Assembly (NCBI GenBank): GCA_963663235.2
Contig: CAXXNO010000011.1
Location: 73,202-137,201 of the forward strand
Origin: Dehalococcoidia bacterium
Lineage (GTDB): Bacteria > Chloroflexota > Dehalococcoidia > Bin125
DNA length: 64,000 bases
Reading direction: 5' to 3'
In this document: one piece after another, positions 19,284 through 29,456 of the stretch
Layout of the letters: every line of letters starts with the position of its first letter
Position numbering within the stretch: the first letter of the stretch is position 1
The notes under the pieces: model-generated
Seen by the model: only the letters and a program-made list of their open reading frames with translations
What the model was told of the DNA's origin: nothing
The model's database searches: none
Made by a program: the position numbers and the translations under genes

Positions 19284-20149
19284 TGCATGAATAAGTATAC
19301 CGTTGGGATCCCGAATAACAGACTATCCAGTCGATCGGGCACCCCGCCGTGGCCTGGGATCAGACGGCCGAGATCCTTGACCGAGAGCGAGCGCTTCAAG
19401 GTGGACTCCGCGAGGTCGCCGAGCACGGCCATGACGGGCAGGATCAGCGCCAGGATCACCATCTTCCAGATGGTGACGTCCAGATCGAGCAGGAGGTCGA
19501 TCAGCAGCACGGCCGCGAAGCCTGCCGCCAGCGCTCCGACCGTGCCCTCCACGGTCTTGTTGAGGCTGAGGCGCGGAGCCAGCGCGTGCCGGCCGACCGA
19601 GCGACCCACCACGTACGCGCCGGTGTCGGCGGCCATGATGGCGAAGACGGCGAGCAACACCCACTCCTCTCCCGACGGCGCCTGGCGGAGCAGTACGGCA
19701 AAGCTGCCCAACCAGCCGAAGTAGAGGACGCCGAGCGCGGCGAACGCGAGCCGCTTGGCCTGGGGCGCGAGGGCCGGGGCGGGCGGATCGCCAACGCGAC
19801 CGCCAAGGCCGGCGACTATGGGGGCCGCGAGCAGCGCCAGCGCCAGCGCCGTGAGCGGCCACGTTTGGGGGATGTCGTCGATCAGCGCGACGGCCGGCAG
19901 CGCGGCCGCGCCGGCCGCGGTGAGCCAGAGCAGGGGGTCGCGGCTTCGCAGGCCGACGGCGGCGCCATATTCGAACACCGCCACCACCAGCGTGAGGGCG
20001 ACGACCGCCGCCCACAGTTCGCCTCCCACGAGGATGAGGACAACCAAGACGGGCACGGCGACGGCGGCCGTGGCGCTGCGGAGCAGCAGGTTGGAGCCTG
20101 CCAGCCGTTGCAGGCCCCGTTGAGCCTGCGATTCCTCTGCTGCCGCCAC
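19268..20149 (-). CDS. cdsA: Phosphatidate cytidylyltransferase
   Basis: DTGAY, NKTVEG, GDLAESTLKR, KDLGRLIPGHGG..DRLDS. Confidence 0.94.
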   Translation of the reverse strand: MAAAEESQAQRGLQRLAGSNLLLRSATAAVAVPVLVVLILVGGELWAAVVALTLVVAVFEYGAAVGLRSRDPLLWLTAAGAAALPAVALIDDIPQTWPLTALALALLAAPIVAGLGGRVGDPPAPALAPQAKRLAFAALGVLYFGWLGSFAVLLRQAPSGEEWVLLAVFAIMAADTGAYVVGRSVGRHALAPRLSLNKTVEGTVGALAAGFAAVLLIDLLLDLDVTIWKMVILALILPVMAVLGDLAESTLKRSLSVKDLGRLIPGHGGVPDRLDSLLFGIPTVYLFMQWVVL

Positions 20150-20152
20150 GCG

Positions 20153-20944
20153 TCAGGCGCCGTTCCCGCTGGGCACTCCCGCCAGCGATGTGACGGAGGA
20201 CGGTGCGGCCGGCCGGGCGGCCGGGTGGGCCGGCGGCAGCGCGCCGAACTTCCGCAGCCGTTGTTGGTAGACGGCCAGCGCTTCATCCACGTCGCGCTCG
20301 CTGAAGTCCGGCCAGTACGTGGGGGTGGCGTGATATTCGGCGTAGGCGCATTGCCATAGCAGGAAATTGGACAGCCGCCATTCGCCGCCGGTGCGGATGA
20401 TCAGGTCAGGGTCGGGGATCCCGGCGGTGTAGAGGTAGCGGCTGATGGTCTCTTCATCGATCGCTTCGGCGGGGATGCCGTCCGCGATGATCCGCCGCAC
20501 GGCATCGACCAACTCGGCGCGGGCGCCGTAGTTGAAGGCCACGCAGAGCATCATGGCGGTGTTGTTGCGGGTGAGATCGACCGCTTCCGCAATCTGCCGT
20601 TGCAGTGGCTTAGGGAGGACCTCGATCCGGCCGATGTAATGAAGCCGCACGCCGGCCTCGTGCAGCGGCTTGACCTCGCGCCGGATCGTGCGAGCGAGGA
20701 TGCGCATGAGTCCCGAGACCTCGCCGCGCGGCCGGCTCCAGTTCTCCGTTGAGAAGGCGAAGAGCGTCAGGTAGCGGACGCCGCGGTCGCCGAAGGCGCG
20801 AATCACCGCGCGGATGTTCTCCGTGCCGGCGCGGTGTCCGGCCGTGCGCGGAAGACCGCGCGCCCCGGCCCAGCGTCCGTTGCCATCCATGATGACGGCG
20901 ACGTGCTGCGGCACGATGGTGGCGGCGGGGCGTGGTGCGGCCAT
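20153..20944 (-). CDS. uppS: Polyprenyl diphosphate synthase
   Basis: [37 protein letters not shown]. Confidence 0.96.
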   Translation of the reverse strand: MAAPRPAATIVPQHVAVIMDGNGRWAGARGLPRTAGHRAGTENIRAVIRAFGDRGVRYLTLFAFSTENWSRPRGEVSGLMRILARTIRREVKPLHEAGVRLHYIGRIEVLPKPLQRQIAEAVDLTRNNTAMMLCVAFNYGARAELVDAVRRIIADGIPAEAIDEETISRYLYTAGIPDPDLIIRTGGEWRLSNFLLWQCAYAEYHATPTYWPDFSERDVDEALAVYQQRLRKFGALPPAHPAARPAAPSSVTSLAGVPSGNGA

Positions 20945-20945
20945 C

Positions 20946-21521
20946 CTAGACTTCCATCATCTCCCGTTCCTTGTCACTGCCCACGCGGTCTACGTCTTCC
21001 ACGAGCCGATGGGTCAGCTTCTCCAAGTCATTGTGGGCGTTCCGCTCTGCGTCCTGGGAGATATCTTTGGCCTTGGCGAACTTGCGGAGCTCGTCTTGCA
21101 CATGGCGGCGGATGTTGCGCACGGCCACGCGCGCGGCTTCACTCTTCTGGGACACCAAGCGGGCCAGCTCCCGGCGTCGCTCTTCCGTGAGCTCGGGGAT
21201 GGCGAGGCGAATCACTACGCCGTCGCTCTGAGGATTGAGGCCCAGGTCTGAGAGCTGGATGGCCTTGGTGATGGGACCGGTCGCGTTCTTGTCCCACGGT
21301 TGGATGACAAGCAGCCGCGCCTCGGGCGCGCTGATGGTGGCGAGCTGGTTGAGCGGCATCTCCGTGCCGAAGTAGTCCACGCGCAAGTGCTCCACCAGCC
21401 CCGGATGGGCGCGCCCGGTGCGGATGGTCTGCAACTCTCGCCGCAGCGCCTCAACGGCCTTCCCCATTCGGGTCTGGGCATCGTCGAGGGCCAGCGCGGT
21501 GAGGTCATCGTCGTCGGGCAT
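20946..21521 (-). CDS. frr: Ribosome recycling factor
   Basis: [23 protein letters not shown]. Confidence 0.96.
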   Translation of the reverse strand: MPDDDDLTALALDDAQTRMGKAVEALRRELQTIRTGRAHPGLVEHLRVDYFGTEMPLNQLATISAPEARLLVIQPWDKNATGPITKAIQLSDLGLNPQSDGVVIRLAIPELTEERRRELARLVSQKSEAARVAVRNIRRHVQDELRKFAKAKDISQDAERNAHNDLEKLTHRLVEDVDRVGSDKEREMMEV

Positions 21522-21560
21522 AACTCTCTTCGCGCCCGGTGGCGCCGGCCCCGCCTCCGC

Positions 21561-22313
21561 CTACTCCTCGGAGCCGGCCAGGCGCGTGGGCATGGCGCCG
21601 ACCAGCGTCCCGATGGAGCCATCGATCACCGCTCGCACGATAGCGTCCGGCGGGCCGATATCAAAGACCAGGATGGGGAGAGCGTTCTCTTCGCAGAGGG
21701 AGAGCGCGGCCGTATCCATCACCTGCACCCGGTCGGCGATGGCGTCGCGATAGTTGAGCGTTTCGTAGCGGCGCGCCTTTGGGTCGGTGGCGGGGTCGGT
21801 GGTGTAGGCCCCGTCCACTCCGCTCTTGGCCATCAAGAGCCGGGCCGCGCCGATCTCCACCCCGCGGAGCGCGGCGGCGGTGTCGGTGGTGACGTAGGGG
21901 TTGCCGGTGCCGCCGGCGAAGAGCGCCAGGCGGCCTTTTCCCAGGTGCCGGATGGCTCGGCGCCGGATGTAGGGCTCGGCGACCTGCGCCACCGTAATGG
22001 CGGACATGGTCCGCACCTCCAGACCGACCGCCTCCAAGGCGTCCTGGAGCGCTAGGGCGTTGATGATGGTGGCCAGCATGCCGGCGTAGTCGGCGGTGGC
22101 GCGGTCAATGCCGGCCTCGGCGGCCGTGCGGCCGCGGAAGAGGTTGCCGCCGCCCACCACCACGGCGATCTGCACCCCGTGTGCGTGGCAGCGCGCGAGT
22201 TGGTCGGCGATGCCACGCAGCGCGGATGGGTCGATGCCGAAGGGCTGGGAGCCCATCAGCGCTTCGCCGCTTAGCTTCAGGAGAACCCGTTCAGGCGGCG
22301 CCGTGTCGGCCAT
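21561..22313 (-). CDS. pyrH: UMP kinase
   Basis: LLKLSGEAL, VVGGGN, GTGNPYVTTD. Confidence 0.96.
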   Translation of the reverse strand: MADTAPPERVLLKLSGEALMGSQPFGIDPSALRGIADQLARCHAHGVQIAVVVGGGNLFRGRTAAEAGIDRATADYAGMLATIINALALQDALEAVGLEVRTMSAITVAQVAEPYIRRRAIRHLGKGRLALFAGGTGNPYVTTDTAAALRGVEIGAARLLMAKSGVDGAYTTDPATDPKARRYETLNYRDAIADRVQVMDTAALSLCEENALPILVFDIGPPDAIVRAVIDGSIGTLVGAMPTRLAGSEE

Positions 22314-22335
22314 GGGGGGCTCCCGGGCGCCGCCG

Positions 22336-22836
22336 TCAGTCCCCAAGGACGAAGCGCGCGAACCGCCGGACTTCGATCTTCTCGCCGGTGCTGGCGATGG
22401 CCTCGTTGATCAGATCATGGACGGTCTTGTCGGCGTCTTTGATGAACGGCTGGGTCAGCAGCGCGCGTTCCGCGGCCGGGCCCTCGGCGTCGCTGGGCAG
22501 GTCCGCCGGATCAACGGTCTGCGGGGCCATGGAGGCCACCTGCATGGCGATGTCATGCGCGAGCTGCTTGAAGAGGTCGGTGCGAGCCACGAAGTCCGTC
22601 TCGCAGTTCAGCTCGACCATGGCGCCGATGCGGCCGCCATGCACGTAGGCCTCCACCACGCCCTGGGTCGCTTCGCGGTCCACGCGCTTGGCCGCCTTGG
22701 CGAGGCCCTTTTCGCGGAGGAAAGCCACGGCCTTGTCCATGTCTCCGTCGGCCTCGGCCAGCGCCGCGCGGCAGTCCATGACCCCGGCCATGGTGCGCTC
22801 GCGCAGGGCCTTGATGTCGTCGATGCTGATGGCCAC
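22336..22836 (-). CDS. tsf: Elongation factor Ts (short form)
   Basis: LRERTMAGVMDC, ELNCETDFVA, LLTQPFIKD. Confidence 0.95.
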   Translation of the reverse strand: MAISIDDIKALRERTMAGVMDCRAALAEADGDMDKAVAFLREKGLAKAAKRVDREATQGVVEAYVHGGRIGAMVELNCETDFVARTDLFKQLAHDIAMQVASMAPQTVDPADLPSDAEGPAAERALLTQPFIKDADKTVHDLINEAIASTGEKIEVRRFARFVLGD

Positions 22837-22874
22837 CGCTGGGGTCCTCTCGTCAGCCGAGGGTGGGGCCGCTG

Positions 22875-23657
22875 CTAGCCCGGGGTGGCGGCGCCGGCCG
22901 TGACGTTGCCTTGGTCCCGGCTCGCCGCGGCCGCCTGCTCGGCAGCGGCCTCATCGGCGCGGGCGCTCTCCCGCACGGCGAAGCCTTCGAGCGCCGCGTC
23001 GGCGATGCGCGTGGTGATCAAGCCGAGGGCGCGGAAGGCGTCGTCGTTGGAGGGGATGGGGTAGGTGATGAGCGTGGGGTCCGCGTTGGTGTCGCAGACG
23101 GCGACGGTCGGGATGCCGAGCCGGTGCGCTTCCAGCACAGCGATGGTCTCTTTGGGCACGTCGATGATGAAGAGCGCGCCCGGCAAGCGGGACATGTCCC
23201 GCAGGCCGCCGAGATGGCGGCGGAGGCGGAGAAGCTCGACCCGCCGGTGGATCCCTTCGCGTTTCGACAGCAGCTCGAAATCACCGGCCTCCTCCAGGCG
23301 CTCCAAGCGCAGCAGATGCTTGATGCGCGGCTGGATCGTTTGCCAGTTGGTCAGCGTGCCGCCGAGCCAACGGTTGATCACGTAGGGCATCTGGCAGCGC
23401 TGAGCTTCTTTCTCCACGAGCTCTTGCGCCTGCTTCTTGGTGCCAACGAAGAGGACTTCGTCGCCGGCCGCGACGGTATCGCGGACGAAGTCGACGGCCG
23501 AGTCGAGGAGCTTGACCGTTTGCGCCAGATCCAGGATGTGGATGCCATTGCGGGCGCCGAAGATGAAGGGCCGCATCCGGGGATCCCAACGACGGGTTTG
23601 GTGGCCGAAGTGGACTCCGGCCTCCAGCAAGTCCTTCATGGACACCGGCTCAACCAT
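22875..23657 (-). CDS. rpsB: 30S ribosomal protein S2
   Basis: LLEAGVHFGHQT, FVGTKKQA, RWLGGTLTN, DTNADP. Confidence 0.97.
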   Translation of the reverse strand: MVEPVSMKDLLEAGVHFGHQTRRWDPRMRPFIFGARNGIHILDLAQTVKLLDSAVDFVRDTVAAGDEVLFVGTKKQAQELVEKEAQRCQMPYVINRWLGGTLTNWQTIQPRIKHLLRLERLEEAGDFELLSKREGIHRRVELLRLRRHLGGLRDMSRLPGALFIIDVPKETIAVLEAHRLGIPTVAVCDTNADPTLITYPIPSNDDAFRALGLITTRIADAALEGFAVRESARADEAAAEQAAAASRDQGNVTAGAATPG

Positions 23658-23765
23658 CGCACTCCCGTTGGCAAGCCTCAGTGGCGGTCCTGCGCACACA
23701 AAAACGCGGCCGGCGCCCGACCGCGAAGCTCACGGAGCAGGTCCTCAATCTCAGTGCGCAGTATA
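23658..23765 (-). promoter_or_regulatory. rpsB promoter and structured 5' leader (candidate S2 autoregulatory element)
   Basis: TATACT -10 at 23760-23765 (minus strand); leader contains a CGCGGTCGG..CCGGCCGCG stem followed by TTTTTGTGTG. Confidence 0.45.
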
Positions 23766-23898
23766 GGCCGCCCGCCCTGGGGCGAGCAACGCAGGCCGCG
23801 GCTGTCTGCCAGGATATTGCTGGCTCAGCGGTCCGCTGATACGCTGCCCAGCCGAGAGTGAGCCAGACCGCTCTGTGGGGCGGCATTGGAGATTCCGG

Positions 23899-24246
23899 GT
23901 GCCACGCTACACGTACGAATGCACGGAGGGGCACGCCTACGAGAAGACTGAAGGCTTCGACGCGCCGGTGCAGCAGCCCTGCCAAGAGTGCGAGGCAGGG
24001 GCGCGGCGGATTCCCACGGCGCCGGCCATCGTTTTCAAGGGCTCCGGCTTCTACAAAACGGATAGCCGCACATCCAGCCACGGTCGGTCCGGCGCTAGCG
24101 GCGATGGCAGCAAACCGAAGTCCGACGAGAGCGGTGAGGGCGCCAAGACGAGCGAGTCCCAGTCCGCAGCCAAGGCGGATGCCAAGCCCGGCGCCAAGTC
24201 CGCGAAGAAATCCGACGACAAATCCACATCCGTGACCAAGTCATAG
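23899..24246 (+). CDS. FmdB family zinc-ribbon protein
   Basis: MPRYTYECTEGH...CQEC...IVFKGSGFYKTD followed by a K/S-rich tail. Confidence 0.9.
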   Translation: MPRYTYECTEGHAYEKTEGFDAPVQQPCQECEAGARRIPTAPAIVFKGSGFYKTDSRTSSHGRSGASGDGSKPKSDESGEGAKTSESQSAAKADAKPGAKSAKKSDDKSTSVTKS

Positions 24247-24294
24247 CGTGAACGGCGGCCGCCGCGACGGCCGCCGGGCGCTTGTCTAGCCGCC

Positions 24295-24759
24295 ATGCGC
24301 GTCGTGCTGCAACGAGTGACCGCCGCCACCGTGACGGTCGATGGCGAGGTGGCCGGCGCGATCGGTGTGGGGTTCGTGTCGTTGGTGGGCGTGGCCCGCG
24401 ACGATGGCCCCGAGCAGGCCGAAGCGCTGGCGGCGAAGACGGCCGCGCTGCGCCTCTTCGCCGACGCGGCCGGCAAGTTCAATCGCAGTCTCAGCGAGGT
24501 CGGGGGTGCGGTGCTGGTGATCAGCCAGTTCACGCTGCTGGCCAACGTGCGTAAGGGCCGGCGGCCCTCGTTCACGGATGCCGCGCCGCCGGAGACGGCG
24601 GGGCCGCTGGTGGAGCGCTACGCCGAGGCGCTGGAGGCGGCCGGAGTGACGGTGGCGCGCGGCCAGTTCGGGGCGCACATGCTCGTGGAGCTGAGCAACG
24701 ACGGCCCGGTCACGATCGTGATGGACTCCGCCGACCTTGAGGGGCCGCGCAGGAGCTGA
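24295..24759 (+). CDS. dtd: D-aminoacyl-tRNA deacylase
   Basis: [26 protein letters not shown]. Confidence 0.96.
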   Translation: MRVVLQRVTAATVTVDGEVAGAIGVGFVSLVGVARDDGPEQAEALAAKTAALRLFADAAGKFNRSLSEVGGAVLVISQFTLLANVRKGRRPSFTDAAPPETAGPLVERYAEALEAAGVTVARGQFGAHMLVELSNDGPVTIVMDSADLEGPRRS

Positions 24760-24774
24760 GGCCGTCCGCCGCGT

Positions 24775-25665
24775 CTAGAGGTCCGAGCGCTCCGGCTCGA
24801 GATCGAGCGCGATGTCGAGGGCGGGGGCGGAGTGGGTCAGCGCGCCCAGCGAGATGAAGTCGACGCCGGACTCCGCGACCGCAGCGATGTTCTCCAGCGT
24901 GATCCCTCCGCTCGCCTCCGTGAGAGCGCCGCGGGCCTGGGCGCGATACACGCCCGTCGAGAGGTCGCGCTCGCTGAAGTTGTCTAGGAGGACGGCGCGA
25001 GCGCCGGCCTCCAGCGCCTCGTCGAGCTCGTCGAGCGTCCGGACCTCTACCTCGACGGCGGTCGCCGGCCCGGCCGCGGCCAGGGCGGTGCGGACGGCGT
25101 CGGCGAGCGTCTCCCCACGCGCCCGCGCGGCGGCGATGTGGTTGTCTTTGATCAGCATGCCGGCGCTGAGATTGAAGCGGTGGTTGAGGCCGCCGCCGGC
25201 GCGCACGGCGTAGCGCTCCGCGATCCGCAGGCCCGGGCTGGTCTTGCGGGTATCCAAGATCCGGCTTTGCGTGCGGGCGACGCCATGGACGGCCTCCCGT
25301 GTGAGCGTGGCGATGCCGGAGAGCCGCTGGAGGAAGTTCAGGGCCACGCGCTCGCCGCGGAGGATGGGGTGGAGCGGTCCCGCCACGTGGGCGATGGTGG
25401 CGCCCGCCGCGATATCCATCCCATCCATCACCGCCGCCATCCACTGCACCCGCGGCTCGACGACGTGGTACGTCTCCTGCGCGAAGGTGAGTCCGCAGAT
25501 CACCCCCGATTGCTTGGCGATCACCGCGCCGCGCCCCAACTGGTCCGTGGGCACGAGTGCGTTGGTGGTGAGGTCCTGATTCCAACCGTCCTCCTCCAGC
25601 GCGGCCTGGACCAGTGTGCGCAGGGTGATGCGGTCCAAGGGGACGGGATCGAGAGGAAGGGTCAT
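24775..25665 (-). CDS. nadC: Quinolinate phosphoribosyltransferase
   Basis: ERVALNFLQRLSGIAT, DTRKTSPG, LIKDNH, EVEV, LLDN, EASGG, GALTHSA. Confidence 0.95.
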   Translation of the reverse strand: MTLPLDPVPLDRITLRTLVQAALEEDGWNQDLTTNALVPTDQLGRGAVIAKQSGVICGLTFAQETYHVVEPRVQWMAAVMDGMDIAAGATIAHVAGPLHPILRGERVALNFLQRLSGIATLTREAVHGVARTQSRILDTRKTSPGLRIAERYAVRAGGGLNHRFNLSAGMLIKDNHIAAARARGETLADAVRTALAAAGPATAVEVEVRTLDELDEALEAGARAVLLDNFSERDLSTGVYRAQARGALTEASGGITLENIAAVAESGVDFISLGALTHSAPALDIALDLEPERSDL

Positions 25666-25838
25666 GCAGCCGCCTGCTGGTAGGTGAGACGCCGCCTCCA
25701 GGCGGCGGCCGGCGCCGGATAGTCGCTGCGGTAGTGTGCGCCCTGGCTCTCCTCCCGGTCCAGCGCGGCCGCCACAATGAGCCGAGCCACGAGCGCCTTG
25801 TTGGCGAGGGCGGGATCGCTCGCGGGCGGGGAGGGCAT
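25662..25838 (-). pseudogene. nadB: 58-aa C-terminal relic of L-aspartate oxidase
   Basis: Manual translation MPSPPASDPALANKALVARLIVAAALDREESQGAHYRSDYPAPAAAWRRRLTYQQAAA*; resembles the REESRGAHYRSDYP C-terminal motif of NadB/SdhA; its TGA overlaps the nadC ATG. Confidence 0.82.
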
Positions 25839-25871
25839 CGCTCACCTTCCCAGCGCTCGCTTGTGGGCGTC

Positions 25872-25898
25872 GACTTCGTGTCATCTCGACGCGAAGTC
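25872..25898. promoter_or_regulatory. Candidate NrtR operator
   Basis: GACTTCGTGTC-ATCTC-GACGCGAAGTC, 11-bp arms with one mismatch and a central GT-N7-AC core; upstream of nadB'-nadC with an nrtR-like gene 1.5 kb away. Confidence 0.72.
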
Positions 25899-26026
25899 CT
25901 CCGGGTATAGTTGTCGATGGCGCGAGGCGCTGTCAGTGTACATCGCTGCGCGCTCGGCGGAACCGTGGCGTGAGGCGCCGAGCGGAGCCGCTATGATGCG
26001 CTGAGCGAATGAAGGAGAGGCGGACC

Positions 26027-26800
26027 ATGGACTACGAGCACGTCCTGGTGGAGCGTGAGGGCGACTTCATCACCATCACCATGAACCGGCCGGAGCGTCG
26101 GAACGCGCTCTCGCTGGCGCACATGCGAGAGCTGACGCAGGCGTTCCAGGAAGCCGGCGCGGGCGACGCCCGGGGGATCATCCTGGCGGCGAACGGGCCG
26201 GTCTTCTCCTCCGGCCACGACCTCAACGAGTTCGCGGGTGAGAACCTGCCGCATATCCGAAACCTGCTCTGGAGCTCCACCGAACTGCAGACGACGTTGC
26301 AGCGGGTGCCCCAGCCGGTGGTGGCGCGTGTGCACGGCCTGGCGACGGCGGCCGGCTGTCAGCTAGTGGCGAGCGCCGATCTCGCCGTGGCATCGAGCAA
26401 CGCGCGGTTCCAGACGCCGGGCGGCGGCGGCGGCTGGTTTTGCTTCACGCCGATGGTGCCGCTGAGCCGCAACGTGGGGCGGAAGCGGTCGCTGGAGATG
26501 CTGATGACCGGCGATCCGATCGAGGCGCAGACGGCGTTGGAGTGGGGGCTGGTGAACTACGTCGTGCCGCTGGAAGAGCTGGAGAGCGCGACGCTGGAGC
26601 TGCTGACGCGGGCGACGCGGGGCAGCGCGCTGTCCAAGGCGCTGGGCAAGCACGCCTTTTACGCGCAGATCGATATGGACCAGTCGAAGGCCTACTCGCA
26701 CGCCGTGGAGGTGATGGCGGGGTCCAGCCAGACGCACGACGCGCAGGAGCGGATGCGGTCGTTCCTGGAGAAGCGCGAGGCGGTGTTCCTGAACCGCTAG
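26027..26800 (+). CDS. Enoyl-CoA hydratase/isomerase family protein
   Basis: MNRPERRNALS, FSSGHDL, ATAAGCQL; GGAG RBS. Confidence 0.92.
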   Translation: MDYEHVLVEREGDFITITMNRPERRNALSLAHMRELTQAFQEAGAGDARGIILAANGPVFSSGHDLNEFAGENLPHIRNLLWSSTELQTTLQRVPQPVVARVHGLATAAGCQLVASADLAVASSNARFQTPGGGGGWFCFTPMVPLSRNVGRKRSLEMLMTGDPIEAQTALEWGLVNYVVPLEELESATLELLTRATRGSALSKALGKHAFYAQIDMDQSKAYSHAVEVMAGSSQTHDAQERMRSFLEKREAVFLNR

Positions 26801-26812
26801 CCAGGGAACAGG

Positions 26813-26859
26813 CGGAAGCAAGAACGGCGCGGACAAAGTCCGCGCCGTTCTTGCTTCCG
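26813..26859. terminator. Perfect 22-bp hairpin between convergent genes
   Basis: CGGAAGCAAGAACGGCGCGGAC-AAA-GTCCGCGCCGTTCTTGCTTCCG. Confidence 0.75.
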
Positions 26860-26874
26860 ACCAAGGCGCGCGCG

Positions 26875-27315
26875 CTAGGCGCCGGACGCTTCCGCGCGCT
26901 GCTTCAACGCTTGGTTCATGGCCTCGAAGCCTCGCTTGGTCTGCGCGCCGACCAGGCGTAGCACGAGCCAGACCAGCACGCCGCTGAAGCGTTCAGACTG
27001 GGTGAAGCGGACACGGTCACCATTCAGCGGGTCGATGCGGAAGAGGTGGCGGCCGGAGAAGAGGAGCGGGAAGAGCAGGTGGCCGCGCCAGACCAACTGG
27101 CGGTTGGGATCAACGGAGAGGACGGTGGGGCGAAAGCGCATGGCGCGGCCGCCCTCCGGCTCAGCGCGGACGGTCAGCCGCCGCCCCGGCTCGGCCGTGC
27201 CGCCGATGGAGCGCATGTAGGGGTTCCAGTCGGCGTAGCGGTCGAAGTCCTGGAAGATCTGCCAGACGCGCTCGGCGGGTGCAGTGATCTCGATCTCGGT
27301 GTGAATTTCCGCCAC
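26875..27315 (-). CDS. SRPBCC/polyketide-cyclase-like protein
   Basis: IHTEIEITAPAERVW..YADWNPY...FTQSERFSG...GFEAMNQALK. Confidence 0.88.
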   Translation of the reverse strand: MAEIHTEIEITAPAERVWQIFQDFDRYADWNPYMRSIGGTAEPGRRLTVRAEPEGGRAMRFRPTVLSVDPNRQLVWRGHLLFPLLFSGRHLFRIDPLNGDRVRFTQSERFSGVLVWLVLRLVGAQTKRGFEAMNQALKQRAEASGA

Positions 27316-27386
27316 GACTGCCTCCGGTTCGATGAAGATTCCGAGTGGGAGGATAGCGCCTCCGAGGGAGGCGGTGGAGCGCCGCG

Positions 27387-28046
27387 CTACAACTCCACGG
27401 GCGCGCGGCTGGCGAAGCGGTAGAGACGGGCGGGCCGGTGCGCGCCGCTCTTGGCCGTGCGCTCTGTCTCCACGAGGAGGCGGGAGGCCAGCATGTGGCG
27501 ACGGAAGTTCCGCTTGTCCAGGCGACGGCCCAGGATGCTCTCGTACACCGCCTGGAGGTCGGTGAGCGTGAAGAGCTCCGGTAACAGGCTGTAGGCGGCG
27601 TTGGTGTAATCGAGCTTGTTCGTGAGACGCTCGCGAGCCGTCTGGAGGACGCGGTCGTTGTCGAAGGCGAGGACGGGCAGCGCGGACATGGAGAACCAGG
27701 CGGGGCGCCACGCGGGCCGATCGGCGAGGCGGACGCGGGCGTGGTCGACCAGGGCGAAGTAAGTGACCGCGACCGACCCGCCGGGCGTGAAGCGGTCCAG
27801 GTCGCCGAAGGTGTAGAGCTGTTCCAGGAAGACGTCGGTGACGCCGGTCTCTTGGGCGAGCTTGCGGGTGGCGGCGCCGTCGAGCGATTCATCGAGGGCA
27901 AGCGCGCCACCCGGAATGGCCCAGAGCCCGTCTTGCGGCGAAGCGGAGCGCTGGATCAGCAGCACCTGCAGGTTCCCCTGGACGACGGTGAAGATGACGA
28001 CGAGCACCGCCACGGTGCGGCCGGCGGGGTTCGGGCGAGCGGGCAT
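27387..28046 (-). CDS. nrtR: NrtR family Nudix-domain transcriptional regulator
   Basis: Nudix domain with degenerate box (WAIPGG..ESLDGAATRKLAQETG), LEQLYTFG, LAFDN, C-terminal wHTH FTLTDLQAVYE..LDKRNFRR..HRPARLY. Confidence 0.88.
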   Translation of the reverse strand: MPARPNPAGRTVAVLVVIFTVVQGNLQVLLIQRSASPQDGLWAIPGGALALDESLDGAATRKLAQETGVTDVFLEQLYTFGDLDRFTPGGSVAVTYFALVDHARVRLADRPAWRPAWFSMSALPVLAFDNDRVLQTARERLTNKLDYTNAAYSLLPELFTLTDLQAVYESILGRRLDKRNFRRHMLASRLLVETERTAKSGAHRPARLYRFASRAPVEL

Positions 28047-28054
28047 GGGGGTCG

Positions 28055-29401
28055 CTAGGGGCCGGATCGTGGCCCGGCCGGCTGGGCGACCGGCTCGCCC
28101 TGCAGGGACCAGGGGCCGGTGCGGGTGATGCGGATGTCGAGCAGGGCGCCGGGAGCGATCGCGCCGGCCGGCGCATCGAAATGGACGAGCTTGCCCGTGC
28201 GGGTGCGGCCGGTCAGGCGCTGGGTGTCCGGCCGATCGCTCGGCTTGCGCTCCGCGACCAGCACGGGCTGCGTGCGGCCGTAGAGCGCGTGGTTGATCTC
28301 CGAGGCGATTGCGGCCTGCAACTGCTCCACCGCCTGGAGACGCTCGGCCTTGACCTCGGGGGGGACGTCGTCGGGCTGCTCGCGGGCGGCGTAGGTTCCG
28401 GGGCGGGGGCTGTAGGCGGCGACGTGGACCTTATCGAAGCGGAGATCGGCCAAGAGGTCGCAGGTGTTGCGGAACTGGGCGTCGGTTTCGCCGGGGAAGC
28501 CGACGATCACGTCGGTGCTGATGCCCACGTCGGGCATCAGCGCGCGCACCCGCTGGATGCGTTCGCGGAACCCGGCGACGGTGTAGCCGCGGCGCATGGC
28601 GGCGAGGATGGCGTCGTCGCCGGACTGGACCGGCAGCGAGAACGCTTCGCAGACCTTGGGCAAGGCGGCCATGCCTTCCAGAATGCGGTCGGTCATATCG
28701 GGCGGGTAGGAAGTGAGGGCCCGGATCCGCCGCAGTCCATCGATCTCGTGCACGGCCGCCATGAGATCGTAGAGGTCAGCGTGGCTGGTGGCGGGGTCGA
28801 CTGGGGGCTGGTCCTTGCCGTAGGCCTCGACGGTTTGGCCCAACAGCGTGACCTCGCGGACGCCGCGGGCGACGTGCGCCTTGACCTCGCGGACCACCTC
28901 CATGATGGGGCGGCTGCGCTCGCGGCCGCGCCTGAGGGGCACGATGCAATAGGTGCAGAACTTGTCGCAGCCCTCGATGATGGGCACGAAGGCGGTGGGC
29001 GTGGGCGCGTCCGGGAAAACGGAGGGCCAAAACTCGCCACCGAGATCGTCGTCCGGGAGGTCCAGGACGGAGATCACGTCGTCGAAGCGCTGGGGCTGCG
29101 CGAAGACATCGACGTAGGGGAACCGCCGGCGCAGGTGGTCGCTCTTGGGTCCGACCATGCAGCCCATCACCGCGATCTTGAGGCGGGGGTTCTGTCGCTT
29201 GAGGTGGGCGATGGCGCCGAGCTTGGAAGCGGCGCGATCCTCCGCGTGCTCGCGCACGGCGCAGGTGTTGAGCACGATGAAGTCGGCGTCGTCGGGCCGT
29301 TCGGTAGGCTCCCAGCCGAGGCGGCGCAGACCGGCGGCGAGCTTGCCGCTATCGGCCTGATTGACCTGGCAGCCCACGGTCCAGATGTGATAGGTGCTCA
29401 T
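28055..29401 (-). CDS. miaB: tRNA methylthiotransferase MiaB
   Basis: TVGCQVN, NTCAVRE, GCDKFCTYCIVP radical-SAM motif, TRAM domain. Confidence 0.93.
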   Translation of the reverse strand: MSTYHIWTVGCQVNQADSGKLAAGLRRLGWEPTERPDDADFIVLNTCAVREHAEDRAASKLGAIAHLKRQNPRLKIAVMGCMVGPKSDHLRRRFPYVDVFAQPQRFDDVISVLDLPDDDLGGEFWPSVFPDAPTPTAFVPIIEGCDKFCTYCIVPLRRGRERSRPIMEVVREVKAHVARGVREVTLLGQTVEAYGKDQPPVDPATSHADLYDLMAAVHEIDGLRRIRALTSYPPDMTDRILEGMAALPKVCEAFSLPVQSGDDAILAAMRRGYTVAGFRERIQRVRALMPDVGISTDVIVGFPGETDAQFRNTCDLLADLRFDKVHVAAYSPRPGTYAAREQPDDVPPEVKAERLQAVEQLQAAIASEINHALYGRTQPVLVAERKPSDRPDTQRLTGRTRTGKLVHFDAPAGAIAPGALLDIRITRTGPWSLQGEPVAQPAGPRSGP

Positions 29402-29456
29402 TCACGGCCTCTCGCCGGCGATGCGCAACTCGGCGTTGCGGATCCATCTATGGTGA

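Noticed and set aside
22336-22836. Truncated EF-Ts
   Set aside because: Short EF-Ts forms are established in several phyla; start, stop and motifs are intact.
24775-25884. 369-aa NadC with an N-terminal extension
   Set aside because: The upstream part is better explained by the nadB relic in another frame plus the operator; NadC starts at 25665.
26813-26859. MITE or ncRNA
   Set aside because: Single copy in the window, sits between convergent stops, no flanking duplication; a terminator is the simpler reading.
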